NCBI GenBank assembly: GCA_963846485.1
Contig: CAWJWB010000007.1
Span: 59,644-123,643, forward strand
Origin: an uncultured Alphaproteobacteria bacterium
GTDB lineage: Bacteria; Pseudomonadota; Alphaproteobacteria; Sphingomonadales; Sphingomonadaceae
DNA length: 64,000 nucleotides
Reading direction: 5' to 3'
Below the pieces are notes generated by a model. The model ran no database searches, was not told where the DNA came from, and saw only the letters and a program-made list of their open reading frames with translations. A program made the position numbers and the translations under genes. This document shows positions 44,123-55,505 of the stretch, piece by piece. The number at the start of each line of letters is the position of its first letter. Positions within the stretch are counted from its first letter, which is position 1.

Positions 44123-45439
44123 ATGGCCGAACCCACCGAAACCAGCATGACCGGCGTCCCGCGCAAGCGTGCCGTCGCCCACCAGTCGACCACGCTGGGC
44201 AACCACAAGCTCCACCCGTCGACGATGATGATGGGCTACGGCTTCGATCCGGCGCTGTCGGAGGGGTCGCTGAAGCCGCCGATCTTCCTCACCTCGACCT
44301 TCGTCTTCGAGAGCGCGGCTGACGGCAAGCGCTTCTTCGAAGGCATCACCGGCGTGCGGCCGGGCGGCGCCGAGGGACTGGTCTATTCACGCTTCAACGG
44401 GCCCGACCAGGAGATCCTCGAGGACCGGCTGGCACTGTGGGAGGATGCCGAGGACGCGCTCGTCTTCTCGAGCGGCATGTCGGCGATTGCGACGACCTTC
44501 CTGGCGCTCGTCCGCCCGGGCGACGTGATCGTCCACTCGGCCCCGCTATACGCTGCGACCGAGACGCTGATCGCGCGCATCCTCGGGCGTATGGGCGTGA
44601 CCTTTCTCGACTTCCCGGCGGGTGCGACGGGCGACGAGATCGCCGCCGTGCTCGAGCGCGCCAAGGCGCAGGGCCGGATCGCGGCGATCTATCTCGAAAG
44701 CCCGGCCAACCCGACCAACGCGCTCGTCGACGTCGAGGCGGTCCGTGACGCGCGTGCAGCGGTGCTCGGGAGCGGCGACGAGTTGCCGCCGATCATCATC
44801 GACAACACCTTCCTCGGACCCCTGTGGGCGCAGCCGCTCGCGCAGGGTGCCGACCTCGTCATCTACAGCCTGACCAAGTACGTCGGCGGGCACAGCGACC
44901 TGGTCGCCGGTAGCGTGCTCGGGTCGAAGGCGGCGATCCTGCCGGTCCGTATGACGCGCAACACCATCGGCACGATCACCGACCCGCATACGGCCTGGAT
45001 GCTGCTTCGAAGCCTCGAGACGCTCGAGTTGCGGATGAGCCGTGCCGGCGACAATGCTAAGGCAGTGTGCGACTTCCTCAGCCAGCATCCCAAAGTCGAG
45101 CGCGTCGGCTACCTCGGCTTCCTCGATCCCGACAGCCGCCAGCACGACATCTTCACGCGGCACTGCAAGGGGGCGGGGTCGACCTTTTCGCTGCTGGTCA
45201 AGGGCGGCGAGGCGGAGGCCTTCCGGCTGCTCGACAACCTCAAGCTGGTCAAGCTGGCGGTCAGTCTCGGCGGGACCGAGAGCCTCGCCTCCCATCCGGC
45301 GGCGATGACGCACCTGTCGGTCGCGCCGGCGCGCAAGGCGGAGCTCGGCATCACCGACAACCTTGTCCGCGTCTCGATCGGCGTCGAGCACCCGGACGAC
45401 CTGATTGCCGACTTTGCGCAGGCGCTGGCGGCGGTCTGA
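44123..45439 (+). CDS. Cys/Met metabolism PLP enzyme (cystathionine gamma-synthase / methionine gamma-lyase family)
   Basis: YSR, SGMSAI, ESPANP, DNTF, SLTKYVGGHSD, AVSLGG. Confidence 0.9.
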   Translation: MAEPTETSMTGVPRKRAVAHQSTTLGNHKLHPSTMMMGYGFDPALSEGSLKPPIFLTSTFVFESAADGKRFFEGITGVRPGGAEGLVYSRFNGPDQEILEDRLALWEDAEDALVFSSGMSAIATTFLALVRPGDVIVHSAPLYAATETLIARILGRMGVTFLDFPAGATGDEIAAVLERAKAQGRIAAIYLESPANPTNALVDVEAVRDARAAVLGSGDELPPIIIDNTFLGPLWAQPLAQGADLVIYSLTKYVGGHSDLVAGSVLGSKAAILPVRMTRNTIGTITDPHTAWMLLRSLETLELRMSRAGDNAKAVCDFLSQHPKVERVGYLGFLDPDSRQHDIFTRHCKGAGSTFSLLVKGGEAEAFRLLDNLKLVKLAVSLGGTESLASHPAAMTHLSVAPARKAELGITDNLVRVSIGVEHPDDLIADFAQALAAV

Positions 45440-45481
45440 GCGCCCGTCGCGGAACGGCGGCGACGACCCGGCAAACGCGAA

Positions 45482-45508
45482 CCGGGGCGGACCAATGGTC
45501 CGCCCCGG
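45482..45508. terminator. Hairpin between convergent genes
   Basis: CCGGGGCGGACC-AAT-GGTCCGCCCCGG; no clear U-tract. Confidence 0.55.
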
Positions 45509-45527
45509 CATGGTGCGTCGGCAGGAG

Positions 45528-45818
45528 TTAGCGCGAGGCGAACTGCGGCGCCGTCGCCGGCATCTGCGACATCGCACCCGTGAAGGCGCTGATGAAGCAC
45601 GCCTGCCACGCCGAGCGCGACGCGATGTCGTTACTGTCGATCGAGCGGCAGACGTTGCGCGCAGCCTGCGAGATGCGGGTCTTCAGCGTCGCCTGGCCGG
45701 CGGTGCTGTCGAGGTTCAGGTCGCCGTAGAACACCTTGGCGGTCGGCGCGGTCTGCGCGAGGACCGAGGGAGCGGCGAGCGTCGAGAGGGCGACGGCGGC
45801 GGCGAGGAGGATCTTCAT
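45528..45818 (-). CDS. UrcA family periplasmic protein
   Basis: Signal peptide, VFYGDLNLDSTAG...RI..AA..VC...C. Confidence 0.88.
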   Translation of the reverse strand: MKILLAAAVALSTLAAPSVLAQTAPTAKVFYGDLNLDSTAGQATLKTRISQAARNVCRSIDSNDIASRSAWQACFISAFTGAMSQMPATAPQFASR

Positions 45819-46058
45819 GGCGGTGGTTCCCTGTTCGTCCAGCGCCGGACCATCCGTGCGCCGATGCCCCCTGATAGGCGGGGCGCAGCGTTGCCGCGGT
45901 GACGCCGGTCACACCGGAAGTGGGGAGGGGCGCGACGACCAGCGGCGCAGAAGACTTGCCGCGTCGAAGCAGCAATTCGTCGCCGCATGGTCGTGCATCG
46001 GGGAAAGGGCTGGTCTGCCACACGACCAACGAAGGCGGGCGTGACGGACCGAACGATG

Positions 46059-46133
46059 TGGCTCCCCGGGCAGGATTCGAACCTGCGACCATCCGATTAA
46101 CAGTCGGATGCTCTACCGCTGAGCTACCGAGGA
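46059..46133 (-). tRNA. tRNA-Asn(GTT)
   Basis: Cloverleaf, TCCGA-CTGTTAA-TCGGA, GTTCGAAT, CCA. Confidence 0.96.
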
Positions 46134-46178
46134 ATAGCGGCGGGCTATAGACGCGGCATCCCGGCGCGGCAAGGCCTG

Positions 46179-46946
46179 TCAGCTCTCGAATTGCTCGCTG
46201 AAGATGCGGTCGTCGAGCGTGTGGCCGGGGTCGAACAGCAGCTCGAGGCTGACCGTCTTGTCGCTGACGATGCGGACATGGGCAATGTCGCGCACCTCGA
46301 TCTGGTCGGCGACGGCGCTGACCGGGCGCTTGGGTGCCTCGAGCACGCGGAACTCGATGACCGACGTCATCGGCAGTAGCGCCCCCCGCCAGCGCCGCGG
46401 GCGGAAGGGGCTGATCGGCGTCAGGGCGAGCAGGTCGGCCTGCAGCGGCAGAATCGGCCCGTTCGCGGACAGGTTGTACGCCGTCGAACCCGCCGGGGTG
46501 GCGACGAGGATGCCGTCGCAGGCGATCTCGGCCATGCGCACCTTGCCATCGACGCTAATCTCCAGCTTGGCCGCCTGGCGCGTCTCGCGGAGCAGGCTGA
46601 CCTCGTTGATCGCCGGTGAGACGGTGACCGCGCCGGTGACCGTCCGCGCCGTCATGCTCAACGGGTGCAGGGCATAGGCGCGCGCCGCCACCAGCCGCTG
46701 CGGCAGGTCGTCGACGCGGAATTCGTTCATCAGGAAGCCGACCGAGCCGAGGTTCATGCCGAACACCGGCCGCGGCTGACGCGCGTGGAGCGCGGCGTGG
46801 AGCACCTGCAGCAGATAGCCGTCGCCGCCCAGCGCAACGACGACCTCCGCCTCGCGCACCGGGTGCCAGTCATAGCGCGGGCGCAGCAGATCGGCCGCGG
46901 CTTGGGCCTGCGCCGTCGGCGACGCCATCAGCGCCATTCTCAGCAT
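46179..46946 (-). CDS. nadK: NAD kinase
   Basis: [26 protein letters not shown]. Confidence 0.92.
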   Translation of the reverse strand: MLRMALMASPTAQAQAAADLLRPRYDWHPVREAEVVVALGGDGYLLQVLHAALHARQPRPVFGMNLGSVGFLMNEFRVDDLPQRLVAARAYALHPLSMTARTVTGAVTVSPAINEVSLLRETRQAAKLEISVDGKVRMAEIACDGILVATPAGSTAYNLSANGPILPLQADLLALTPISPFRPRRWRGALLPMTSVIEFRVLEAPKRPVSAVADQIEVRDIAHVRIVSDKTVSLELLFDPGHTLDDRIFSEQFES

Positions 46947-46956
46947 GACGGTCGTG

Positions 46957-47965
46957 TCACCCGCCGGTCAGGCTCATGTGGCGGGCGACCGCGGGTGCGC
47001 GCGCTCGGGCGATGACGAAGTCGTGACCCTTGGGTTTGGCGAGCAGGGCGCGGTCGAGCATCGCGTCGAGCCCGGCGTCGTCGATGCCCGCGCGCAGGGC
47101 GTCGCGGAAGTCCAGCGCGTCGTCCTGGCCAAGACAGAGATACAGCCGCCCCGTCGCCGTCAGGCGGACGCGGTTGCAGCTCTCGCAGAAGTTGTGCGTG
47201 AGCGGCGTGATGAAGCCGAGCCGCTGCCCGGTCTCCGCCACCCGCACATAGCGTGCCGGCCCGCCGGTCGAGTTCAGGCAGGTCGGTGAGCGTCCACCGC
47301 TGCTCGAGGTCGCGCCGCACCGCCGACAGCGGCACGTAGCGGTCGACGCGGTCCTCATCGACCATGCCGAGCGGCATCGTCTCGATCAGCACGAGGTCGT
47401 GCCCCTCGGCCGCGGTCCACCGTAGCATGGCCTCGATCTCGTCGTCGTTGACGCCCTTCAGCGCGACCATGTTGATCTTCACGTGCAGCCCGGCGGCCTG
47501 GGCGGCGGCGATTCCTTCGAGCACCTGCGGCAGGCGCCCCCAGCGGGTGATGCGGGCGAAGCGGTCGGGGTCGAGCGTGTCGAGGCTGACGTTGACCCGC
47601 CGCATCCCCGCCGCTGCGAGATCGCTGGCGAAGCGCGCGAGCTGCGAGCCGTTGGTCGTCATCGTCAACTCGTCGAGACCGTGTCCGAGGTGCCGCGCCA
47701 GCGAGCGGACGAGGTCGACGACGCCGCGCCGGACGAGCGGCTCGCCGCCGGTCAGGCGCAGCTTGCGGGTACCGCGCGCGACGAAGGCACTCGCCAGCCG
47801 GTCGATCTCCTCGAGGCTCAACACCTCGGCCCGCGGCAGGAACGTCATCGCCTCGGGCATGCAGTAGACGCAGCGGAAGTCGCAACGATCGGTGACGGAA
47901 ATGCGCAGATAGTCGATGCGCCGCCCGAACGGGTCGATCAGCGGGCGGGGGGGCGCGACGGGCAT
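46957..47965 (-). CDS. moaA: GTP 3',8-cyclase (frameshift ~47275)
   Basis: CDFRCVYC radical-SAM motif. The C-terminal FCESCNRVR...LCL...MSLTGG is in another frame. Confidence 0.93.
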
Positions 47966-48014
47966 CGCCTGCAGATGGGCGCGCTCCGCCGCGAAGTCCA
48001 GCAAAGCCGCTCGC

Positions 48015-48839
48015 TTAGACGGCGTAGATCCATACCAGCGCGACGGTCCCGGCGATGATGCGGTACCATGCGAACGGCGCGAAGCCGTAGCGGCTGATAA
48101 CGGCAACGAACGCGCGAACGACAACGACGGCGACCATAAAGGCAACGACGAAACCGATGGCGATATCGTGCAGCTCGCCCGGTGTGAGCAGCGCCCGGTT
48201 CTTGACCAGCTCGAGCACCGTCGCCCCGAGCATCGTCGGCACGGCGAGGAAGAAGCTGAACTCGGCTGCAGTCCGCCGCTCGACGCCGAGGCTGAGCGCG
48301 CCCATGATCGTCGCGCCCGACCGGCTGACGCCGGGCACCATCGCCAGGCACTGCGCGAAACCGATGGCGAGCGCCGTCCGCGCCGGGATGGCGGCGACGC
48401 CGTGAACGGTCGCGCGCGTCGCCAGCCGCTCGATGACGAGGATGGCGATGCCGCCGACGATCAGTGCCACCGCGACGACCTCGGCGTGGCCGAGCAGCGC
48501 CTCGATCTGCTTATGCAAGGCGAAGCCGATCACGCCGGCCGGCACGAAACCGAGGAGGACGTTACGGACAAAGCGGAGCGCGTCGGGGCGACGGCGCACC
48601 ATTCCGGACAACACGGCGGCGAAGGTCCGCCAGTAGAGCACGACGATGGCGAGGATCGCGCCCAGCTGGATGACGATGTTGAACACCTTCCAGGCGTCGG
48701 GATCGAAGCCCAGCAGGCGCGATGCGAGGATGAGGTGTCCGGTCGATGACACGGGCAGGAACTCGGTAACGCCCTCGACGATGCCGAGGATGACGACGTC
48801 GATGAGGCTGTGCGCGCCTGCCGCTGCGAAGATCGTCAC
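48015..48839 (-). CDS. uppP: Undecaprenyl-diphosphate phosphatase
   Basis: [26 protein letters not shown]. Confidence 0.95.
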   Translation of the reverse strand: MTIFAAAGAHSLIDVVILGIVEGVTEFLPVSSTGHLILASRLLGFDPDAWKVFNIVIQLGAILAIVVLYWRTFAAVLSGMVRRRPDALRFVRNVLLGFVPAGVIGFALHKQIEALLGHAEVVAVALIVGGIAILVIERLATRATVHGVAAIPARTALAIGFAQCLAMVPGVSRSGATIMGALSLGVERRTAAEFSFFLAVPTMLGATVLELVKNRALLTPGELHDIAIGFVVAFMVAVVVVRAFVAVISRYGFAPFAWYRIIAGTVALVWIYAV

Positions 48840-49798
48840 TTGGCCGGCTCGATGTCGCGATGAAAGCGCCCGGCGGTGCGGTAGCGTTCGAGGTAGGCGG
48901 GTGCCACCGCCTCCATCGGGGTCGGCGTGATGCCGAACGCCGCAAGTCCCGGCGGCTGCGCGACATTATCCGATTGCAACATGATATACTGTCCACTGGT
49001 CATAGGTACGAACGGCAGAAAGTCGCCCGCCCGGCCCATCATCTTCGCCATGCCCGGCGCGATCTCGACGAGGCGCTTGGTCGAGCGGACCTCGCCTAGG
49101 ATCCAGGCGATGATGTCGCGGAAAGCGTAGACGCGCGGGCCGCCGAGCTCGAACGTCTTGCCGCCATAGGTGGCGGGATCGGACAACGCCACGACGATCG
49201 CGCGGGCGACATCGACGACATAGACCGGCTGAAAGCGTGTGCCGCCGGCAATGACCGGGACCACGGGCAGCTGCTTGGCCAGGGCGGCGAAACGGTTGAG
49301 AAACTGGTCTTCCGGCCCGAAGACGACGGAGGGGCGCAGGATTGTCGTCTGCGGAAGGGCCGTACTGACCGCGGCCTCACCGGCGGCCTTGGTCCGGGCA
49401 TAATCGGCAGCGCTGCCGGCATCGGCGCCGATCGCCGATACCTGGACAAAGGCGCCAACCTGCGCCGCTGCAGCAGCCCCGGCGACAGTCGCCGCGCCGT
49501 TCGCTTGCACCGCGTCGAATTTCTGCCCGCCACGCTCGTCGAGGATACCGACGAGGTTGACCGCGGCGTCGGCATGAACGAACGCCGCGGCGATGCTCGC
49601 CGGCTGGCGCACGTCGCCGCCGACGACCTCGATCTGGCCGAGCGCACCGAGGGGCCGCAGGAAATAAGCGCGCTCCGGCGAGCGGACGACGACGCGGATG
49701 CGCGCGCCCGTATGTGCCAGCTCCTGGACCAGATAGCGGCCGAGAAAGCCCGAGCCGCCGACGACGACGACCAACCGGTCCTTGAGGTTTCCGTCCAT
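48836..49798 (-). CDS. Complex I NDUFA9-like SDR
   Basis: GGSGFLG, NLVGIL, YARTK, RPSVVFGPED, FQPVYV. Confidence 0.9.
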   Translation of the reverse strand: MDGNLKDRLVVVVGGSGFLGRYLVQELAHTGARIRVVVRSPERAYFLRPLGALGQIEVVGGDVRQPASIAAAFVHADAAVNLVGILDERGGQKFDAVQANGAATVAGAAAAAQVGAFVQVSAIGADAGSAADYARTKAAGEAAVSTALPQTTILRPSVVFGPEDQFLNRFAALAKQLPVVPVIAGGTRFQPVYVVDVARAIVVALSDPATYGGKTFELGGPRVYAFRDIIAWILGEVRSTKRLVEIAPGMAKMMGRAGDFLPFVPMTSGQYIMLQSDNVAQPPGLAAFGITPTPMEAVAPAYLERYRTAGRFHRDIEPAK

Positions 49799-49899
49799 TG
49801 CCGCTCCGCCGCTCGCCTCAGCGCGGCGGGTCATGGCCGATCACAACGGCGTTGACAACCGCCGACCCCCTCTCTACGTCGCCGCACTCGGCTCACCGT

Positions 49900-49986
49900 G
49901 CCCTGGTGGCGGAATTGGTAGACGCGCCAGCTTCAGGTGCTGGTATTGGCAACGATGTGATGGTTCGAGTCCATTCCAGGGCACCA
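49900..49986 (+). tRNA. tRNA-Leu(CAG)
   Basis: CCAGC-TTCAGGT-GCTGG anticodon arm, long variable arm, GTTCGAGT, CCA. Confidence 0.96.
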
Positions 49987-50032
49987 GTGAGCAGCGCACA
50001 GACTGGCCGATGACCGCTCCTGCCGATCGGCT

Positions 50033-50650
50033 CTAGGTGCGCTCGCGGGCGGGCGACAGGCCGAAGGTGAGAAGGTCGCCACCGGCGCGGGCGACCTCGG
50101 GCAGATCGGCGCTCTCGTCCCAGACGCAGTAGCGCAGGCCCAGGAACACGTTCATCCCCATCATCGCCCAGGCGCGGACCTCGTTCGAACCGTCGCTGAT
50201 CTCCCCGCGCGAAGCGGCGGCCGTTAGGCGCGCTGTGATCCGCTCGGCAAAGCGCTCGTAATGCTCCCGGTAGCTGGCGGGCGCGACGAACTCCGCCTCG
50301 TCGATGATCCGGTAGATTTCCTTGTGCGCCCGCGCGAACTCGAGATAGGCGAGCTGCGCGGCGCGTTCCGCTTCGATCTGCTCGGCGCGCGCGGTTAGGT
50401 GGGGGCGGACAAAGGTTCCGACGCGGTCGGAAAGATCGCGCACCAGCGCCGTGAACACGGCCTCCTTGCTCGAAAAGTACGTGTAGAAGGTGCCGGTGGC
50501 GACCCCGGCGCGGGCGGTGATGGCGCTGATCGAAGCGTCATGAAAGCCTTTTTCGCCGAATTCATCGGTCGCTGCGTCGAGCAGCAACCGATGCGTGCGC
50601 CGGCCACGGGCAGTCTTGGGCAGCCTAGATGCTGCGGCTTCGTCGATCAT
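50033..50650 (-). CDS. TetR/AcrR family transcriptional regulator
   Basis: N-terminal HTH: FGEKGFHDASISAITARAGVATGTFYTYFSSK. Confidence 0.93.
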   Translation of the reverse strand: MIDEAAASRLPKTARGRRTHRLLLDAATDEFGEKGFHDASISAITARAGVATGTFYTYFSSKEAVFTALVRDLSDRVGTFVRPHLTARAEQIEAERAAQLAYLEFARAHKEIYRIIDEAEFVAPASYREHYERFAERITARLTAAASRGEISDGSNEVRAWAMMGMNVFLGLRYCVWDESADLPEVARAGGDLLTFGLSPARERT

Positions 50651-50675
50651 CGTATCCCCACGAATGATACGTAGT

Positions 50676-50696
50676 TGAAACCTGGTTCAGGTTTCA
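50676..50696. promoter_or_regulatory. Palindromic operator, probable TetR site
   Basis: TGAAACCTG-GTT-CAGGTTTCA, perfect 9-bp inverted repeat in the divergent intergenic region. Confidence 0.75.
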
Positions 50697-50746
50697 CTAT
50701 GGACATACTGGAATGCGCGGGCAAGCGCTGGACAGGGGGATCGACG

Positions 50747-53092
50747 ATGCGCACGGCAATGGCGGCGGCACTCGTGGCGGGGGTGAGCCTCGGCGCGCTC
50801 ACTGGTCCGGTCGGCGCGCAGACCGCGCCCGCCCAGCTGCCAGGCGCCGGCGATGCGAGCGCCGACGGCACGTCGCAGGAAATCACCGTCACCGCCCGCC
50901 GCCGTGCCGAGACGCTTCTTAGCGTGCCCGTCGCGATCACCGCGTTTTCGGCCGACAAACTCGCCAAGTCGGGCGCGATCGACCTCACGGACCTGCAGAC
51001 GACGACGCCGAACATCACGCTGAAGGACGCGCGCGGCACGAACTCGACGCTGGCGGCTTTCATCCGCGGTATTGGGCAGCAGGACCCGGTGCCGGGGTTC
51101 GAGGCGGGCGTCGGCATCTATCTCGACGATGTGTATCTCAACCGGCCACAGGCGTCCGTCCTCGACGTTTACGAAGTCGACCGCATCGAGATCCTGCGCG
51201 GACCGCAGGGTACGCTTTACGGACGCAACACGATCGGCGGCGCGGTCAAGTACGTCACCAAGCGGCTGCCCGACGACTTCGCGCTGACGGTCAAGGGCAC
51301 CTACGGCTCGTACAACGAGGCCGACGGCGTAGTCAGCGTGTCGGCACCGCTTGCTGACGGCCTGAAGGTCGGCGTATCGGGCGCGCGGCTCAGCCACGAC
51401 GGTTTCGGACGCAACCTCAGCAATGGCCTCGACAATTACAACAAGGACGTCTGGGCGGGGCGGGGCACGATCGAGATCGCCCCGCCGTCGAGCGGGTTTT
51501 CAGCGCGCATCACCGGCGACTTTACCTACGACAAGTCCAACCCGCGCAACGGCCACCGGCTGATCCCTGGCCTTCAGTCAGGGACGCCGGTGCTCGCCAA
51601 CGTCTTCGACACCCAGGCCGGTCTTAATAGCCCGAAGGAGCTCGTCGAGGGCGGCGGCGTCTCGGTTGCGCTGTCCCAGGAGCTCGGCGACCACGTCACG
51701 CTGCGCAGCATCACCGCCTACCGTGCCGACCGCTCGTTCACGCCGATCGACTTCGATTCGTTGCCCGCGGTCGATGTCGACGTGCCGGCGGTCTACCGCA
51801 ACAACCAGACGAGCCAGGAGCTCCAGCTGCTCTATAAGAGCGACAAGCTCAATGGCATCGTCGGCTATTACTACCTCGATGCGCGGGCGACCACGGCGTT
51901 CGATGTCCTGCTCTACACCTCGCTGCCCGGCCTCGACGCCTATACCAAGGGCGATGTGCGGACCTCGACGCATTCGGTGTTCGCCGACTTCACCTACGAC
52001 TTCACGGCGCAGCTCAGCCTGTCGGCGGGCGGACGGTACACGTGGGACCAGCGTAGCTCGACGATCTTCAAGGCCAACTACCTCGGCGGACCGACCAGCG
52101 AATTCGGCGGCAACCCGATCCAGCTCGGCGCTCCGGCGACCAACTTCAACGGGCGGGCCAACTTCAAGCGCTTCACCCCGCGCGTGTCGTTGAGCTTCAA
52201 GCCGGTTCCCGACCAGCTACTCTACGCGTCGTACAGCGAAGGCTTCAAAGGTGGCGGCTTCGATCCGCGGGGGTCGGGCGCTTCGGCTCCGATCAGCAAC
52301 CCGGCAGCCGGGCGGACGTACCAGGACATTTATAACTATCTGCTGTTCAAGCCCGAATCGGTGAAAAGCTACGAGATCGGCTGGAAGGGATCGTTGTTCG
52401 ACCGACGGCTGACCTATGCCGTCGACGGCTTCTATGCCGATTATACCGACGTCCAGATTCCAGGCTCGGTCGGAACGGTGGTGAACGGCGTCCCTACGTT
52501 CATCGGCATTACAACCAACGCCGCCAAAGCCCGCATCTACGGCGCCGAGGCCGAGGTCAACGCGATCCTCGCGCGCGACTTTGCAGGCAGCGGCAGCCAG
52601 CTATTCGCCAACGGGACGCTTGGCTATATCGACCCCAAGTATAAGACCTACATCGGTCCGACCGGGGTCGACGTGTCGAACGTTCGCGATTTCCAGAACA
52701 CACCAAACTGGACAGTCAGCGGCACCGGCGGCTTCGGCGTGCCTGCCGGCGGCGGGCAGCTGACCGGATCGGCCACGGTCTCGTACCGCAGCCTGACTCA
52801 CCAGTTCGAGGTGCCGAGCCCGTTCCTCGACCAGCCCGGCTATACCTTGCTCGACGCGAACATCGACTATGTCTTCGCCGGCGGCCGCTACTCGGTCGGT
52901 ATCCATGGCAAGAACCTGACCGACGTCCGCTACAAGACCTCGGGCTATCAGTACATCGCCTCGACCATCGGCGGCGTGCCGATCCTCAATGCGGCGGGCG
53001 GTTACACGCCGACGCTGGGCAAGGAGGGGATCGCGACCGCCTTCTACGGAAATCCGCGCCAGGTGCTGGCGAGCTTTACCGCGAAGTTCTGA
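50747..53092 (+). CDS. TonB-dependent receptor
   Basis: Signal peptide, EITVTARR, RIEILRGPQGTLYGRNTIGG, C-terminal Phe. Confidence 0.95.
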   Translation: MRTAMAAALVAGVSLGALTGPVGAQTAPAQLPGAGDASADGTSQEITVTARRRAETLLSVPVAITAFSADKLAKSGAIDLTDLQTTTPNITLKDARGTNSTLAAFIRGIGQQDPVPGFEAGVGIYLDDVYLNRPQASVLDVYEVDRIEILRGPQGTLYGRNTIGGAVKYVTKRLPDDFALTVKGTYGSYNEADGVVSVSAPLADGLKVGVSGARLSHDGFGRNLSNGLDNYNKDVWAGRGTIEIAPPSSGFSARITGDFTYDKSNPRNGHRLIPGLQSGTPVLANVFDTQAGLNSPKELVEGGGVSVALSQELGDHVTLRSITAYRADRSFTPIDFDSLPAVDVDVPAVYRNNQTSQELQLLYKSDKLNGIVGYYYLDARATTAFDVLLYTSLPGLDAYTKGDVRTSTHSVFADFTYDFTAQLSLSAGGRYTWDQRSSTIFKANYLGGPTSEFGGNPIQLGAPATNFNGRANFKRFTPRVSLSFKPVPDQLLYASYSEGFKGGGFDPRGSGASAPISNPAAGRTYQDIYNYLLFKPESVKSYEIGWKGSLFDRRLTYAVDGFYADYTDVQIPGSVGTVVNGVPTFIGITTNAAKARIYGAEAEVNAILARDFAGSGSQLFANGTLGYIDPKYKTYIGPTGVDVSNVRDFQNTPNWTVSGTGGFGVPAGGGQLTGSATVSYRSLTHQFEVPSPFLDQPGYTLLDANIDYVFAGGRYSVGIHGKNLTDVRYKTSGYQYIASTIGGVPILNAAGGYTPTLGKEGIATAFYGNPRQVLASFTAKF

Positions 53093-53201
53093 TCTCCGCC
53101 GCCGTTGGCGGGCCGCTTGAAAGTCGGCCCGTCACCGCATTGCCGCTTGCCTGCGCCCGCGACAGGCGGAAGAAGGGCAGGGTTCGAGCGGAAGGCGTGG
53201 C

Positions 53202-54711
53202 ATGCGTGAGATACGGCACCTGATCGGCGGCGTCGCCACATCTGGCACGGGGATGCGGCGTGCGGACGTGTTCGATCCCAACACGGGGCGGGCGCAGGCG
53301 CAGGTGGCGCTGGCCGATACAGCGACGGTAGACGCCGCGATCGCCGACGCTGCACGGGCGCAGCCGGGGTGGGCGGCGACCAACCCGCAGCGGCGGGCGC
53401 GCGTTCTGTTCGAGTTCAAGCGGCTGGTCGAGCGCGAGATCGGCAGCCTCGCCGAGATGCTCTCCGCCGAGCACGGCAAGGTAGTCGCCGACAGCCGCGG
53501 CGATGTCCAGCGCGGGCTGGAGGTCATCGAGTTCGCCTGCGGCATCCCGCATCTGTTGAAGGGCGACTACACCCACGGTGCTGGCCCCGGCATCGACGTC
53601 TACTCGCTGCGCCAGCCGCTGGGCGTCGTCGCCGGCATCACGCCGTTCAACTTCCCGGCGATGATCCCGATGTGGATGTTCGGCGTCGCGATCGCCTGCG
53701 GCAACGCTTTCGTCCTCAAGCCCTCCGAGCGCGACCCGTCGCTGCCGGTGCGATTGGGCGAGCTGATGCTCGAGGCGGGGGCGCCGGCGGGCGTCCTGAA
53801 CGTCGTCCACGGCGACAAGGAGGCGGTCGACGCGCTGCTCGACTCGCCGACCATCCGGGCGATCAGCTTCGTCGGCTCGAGCGACATCGCCCACTACGTC
53901 TATTCGCGCGGCACGGCGAACGGCAAGCGCGTGCAGGCGATGGGCGGGGCCAAGAACCACGGGGTGGTCATGCCCGACGCCGACATGGACCAGACGGTCG
54001 CCGACCTCGTCGGCGCGGCGTTCGGCAGCGCCGGCGAGCGCTGCATGGCGCTGCCCGTCGTCGTGCCGGTCGGCGCGCGGACGGCGGACACGCTGCGCGA
54101 GGCGCTGCTGCCCGAGATCGCCAAGCTCAGGCTCGGCACCTCGACCGACCCCGACGCGCACTACGGCCCGGTGGTCAGCGCGGCGCACAAGGAGCGGATC
54201 GAGCGCTACATCGGGATGGGCGTCGAGGAAGGCGCGGAACTGGTCGTCGACGGCCGGGGGTTCAGCCTGCAGGGGCACGAGGGCGGCTTCTTCGTCGGCC
54301 CGACGCTGTTCGACCACGTCCGGCCCGAGATGCAGAGCTACCAGGACGAGATCTTCGGCCCCGTGCTGCAGATGGTCCGCGCCGACAGCCTGGCCGAGGC
54401 GATCCAGCCTGCCCTCGAAGCACCAGTACGGCAACGGCGTCGCCATCTTCACCCGCTCCGGCCCCGCCGCGCGCGAGTTCGCGGCGTCGGTCGACGTCGG
54501 CATGGTCGGCATCAACGTGCCGATCCCGGTGCCCGTCGCCTATCACAGCTTCGGCGGCTGGAAGCGCTCGGCCTTCGCCGACATCGGCATCCACGGCGAG
54601 GAGGGCGTTCGTTTCTACACCAAGGTCAAGACGGTGACCCAGCGCTGGCCGGGGATGGACGCGAGCGCAGCGGTGACCGACTCGAGCTTCGTCATCCCAA
54701 CGATGAAGTGA
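53202..54711 (+). CDS. mmsA: CoA-acylating methylmalonate-semialdehyde dehydrogenase (frameshift ~54404)
   Basis: ITPFNFP, KPSE, FVGS, GAKNH, AGERCMA, EIFGP. The C-terminal [12 protein letters not shown]...FGGWKRS is in another frame. Confidence 0.93.
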
Positions 54712-54719
54712 GCATCGCG

Positions 54720-55505
54720 ATGGCACAAACCCTGGGTTTTGAAACTCTCCTGGTCGAGCAACGCGAGGCCGTGACGCTGGTGCGGCTCAACCGGCCGCAG
54801 GCGCTCAATGCGCTGAACAGTCAGGTGCTCGCCGATCTGACCGCGGTCATGGCCGCGTACGAAACCGACGCGGGACAGCGCTGCCTTGTTCTCACCGGTT
54901 CCGAGAAGGCATTTGCTGCTGGAGCGGACATCAAGGAGATGGCGGCGCAGTCGTTCGCCGACATGTACGGGCAGAACTTCTTCGGCGGCTACGAGCGGGT
55001 CACGGCGACGCGCAAGCCCTGGATCGCCGCCGTCGCCGGTTTCGCGTTGGGCGGCGGCTGCGAGCTGGCGATGATGGCCGACATCATCATCGCCGCCGAC
55101 ACGGCGAAGTTCGGCCAGCCCGAGATCAAGCTCGCGGTCACGCCGGGCATGGGCGGGTCGCAGCGCCTGACGCGGGCGGTCGGCAAGGCCAAGGCAATGG
55201 AGATGTGCCTGACCGGCCGCATGATGGATGCGGCCGAGGCCGAGCGCAGCGGGCTGGTGGCGCGGGTCGTTCCCGCGGCCGATCTCGTCGACGAGGCGCT
55301 GAAGGTCGCCGCGACCATCGCTGGCATGGCCCCACTGGCGGTGAAAGCTGTGAAGGAGCAGGTCGACGCCGCGTTCGAGATGCCGCTGTCGGCCGGCGTC
55401 CGCTTCGAGCGGCGGCTGTTCCACGGCCTGTTCGGCTCGGCTGACCAGAAGGAAGGCATGGCGGCGTTCATCGAGAAGCGCCCCGGCGTGTGGACCGGCC
55501 AATGA
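54720..55505 (+). CDS. Enoyl-CoA hydratase
   Basis: [27 protein letters not shown]. Confidence 0.93.
   Translation: MAQTLGFETLLVEQREAVTLVRLNRPQALNALNSQVLADLTAVMAAYETDAGQRCLVLTGSEKAFAAGADIKEMAAQSFADMYGQNFFGGYERVTATRKPWIAAVAGFALGGGCELAMMADIIIAADTAKFGQPEIKLAVTPGMGGSQRLTRAVGKAKAMEMCLTGRMMDAAEAERSGLVARVVPAADLVDEALKVAATIAGMAPLAVKAVKEQVDAAFEMPLSAGVRFERRLFHGLFGSADQKEGMAAFIEKRPGVWTGQ

Noticed and set aside
53202-55505. Apparent 767-aa MmsA-enoyl-CoA hydratase fusion
   Set aside because: A frameshift at ~54404 bypasses the true mmsA C-terminus, which is intact in another frame and ends at 54711.
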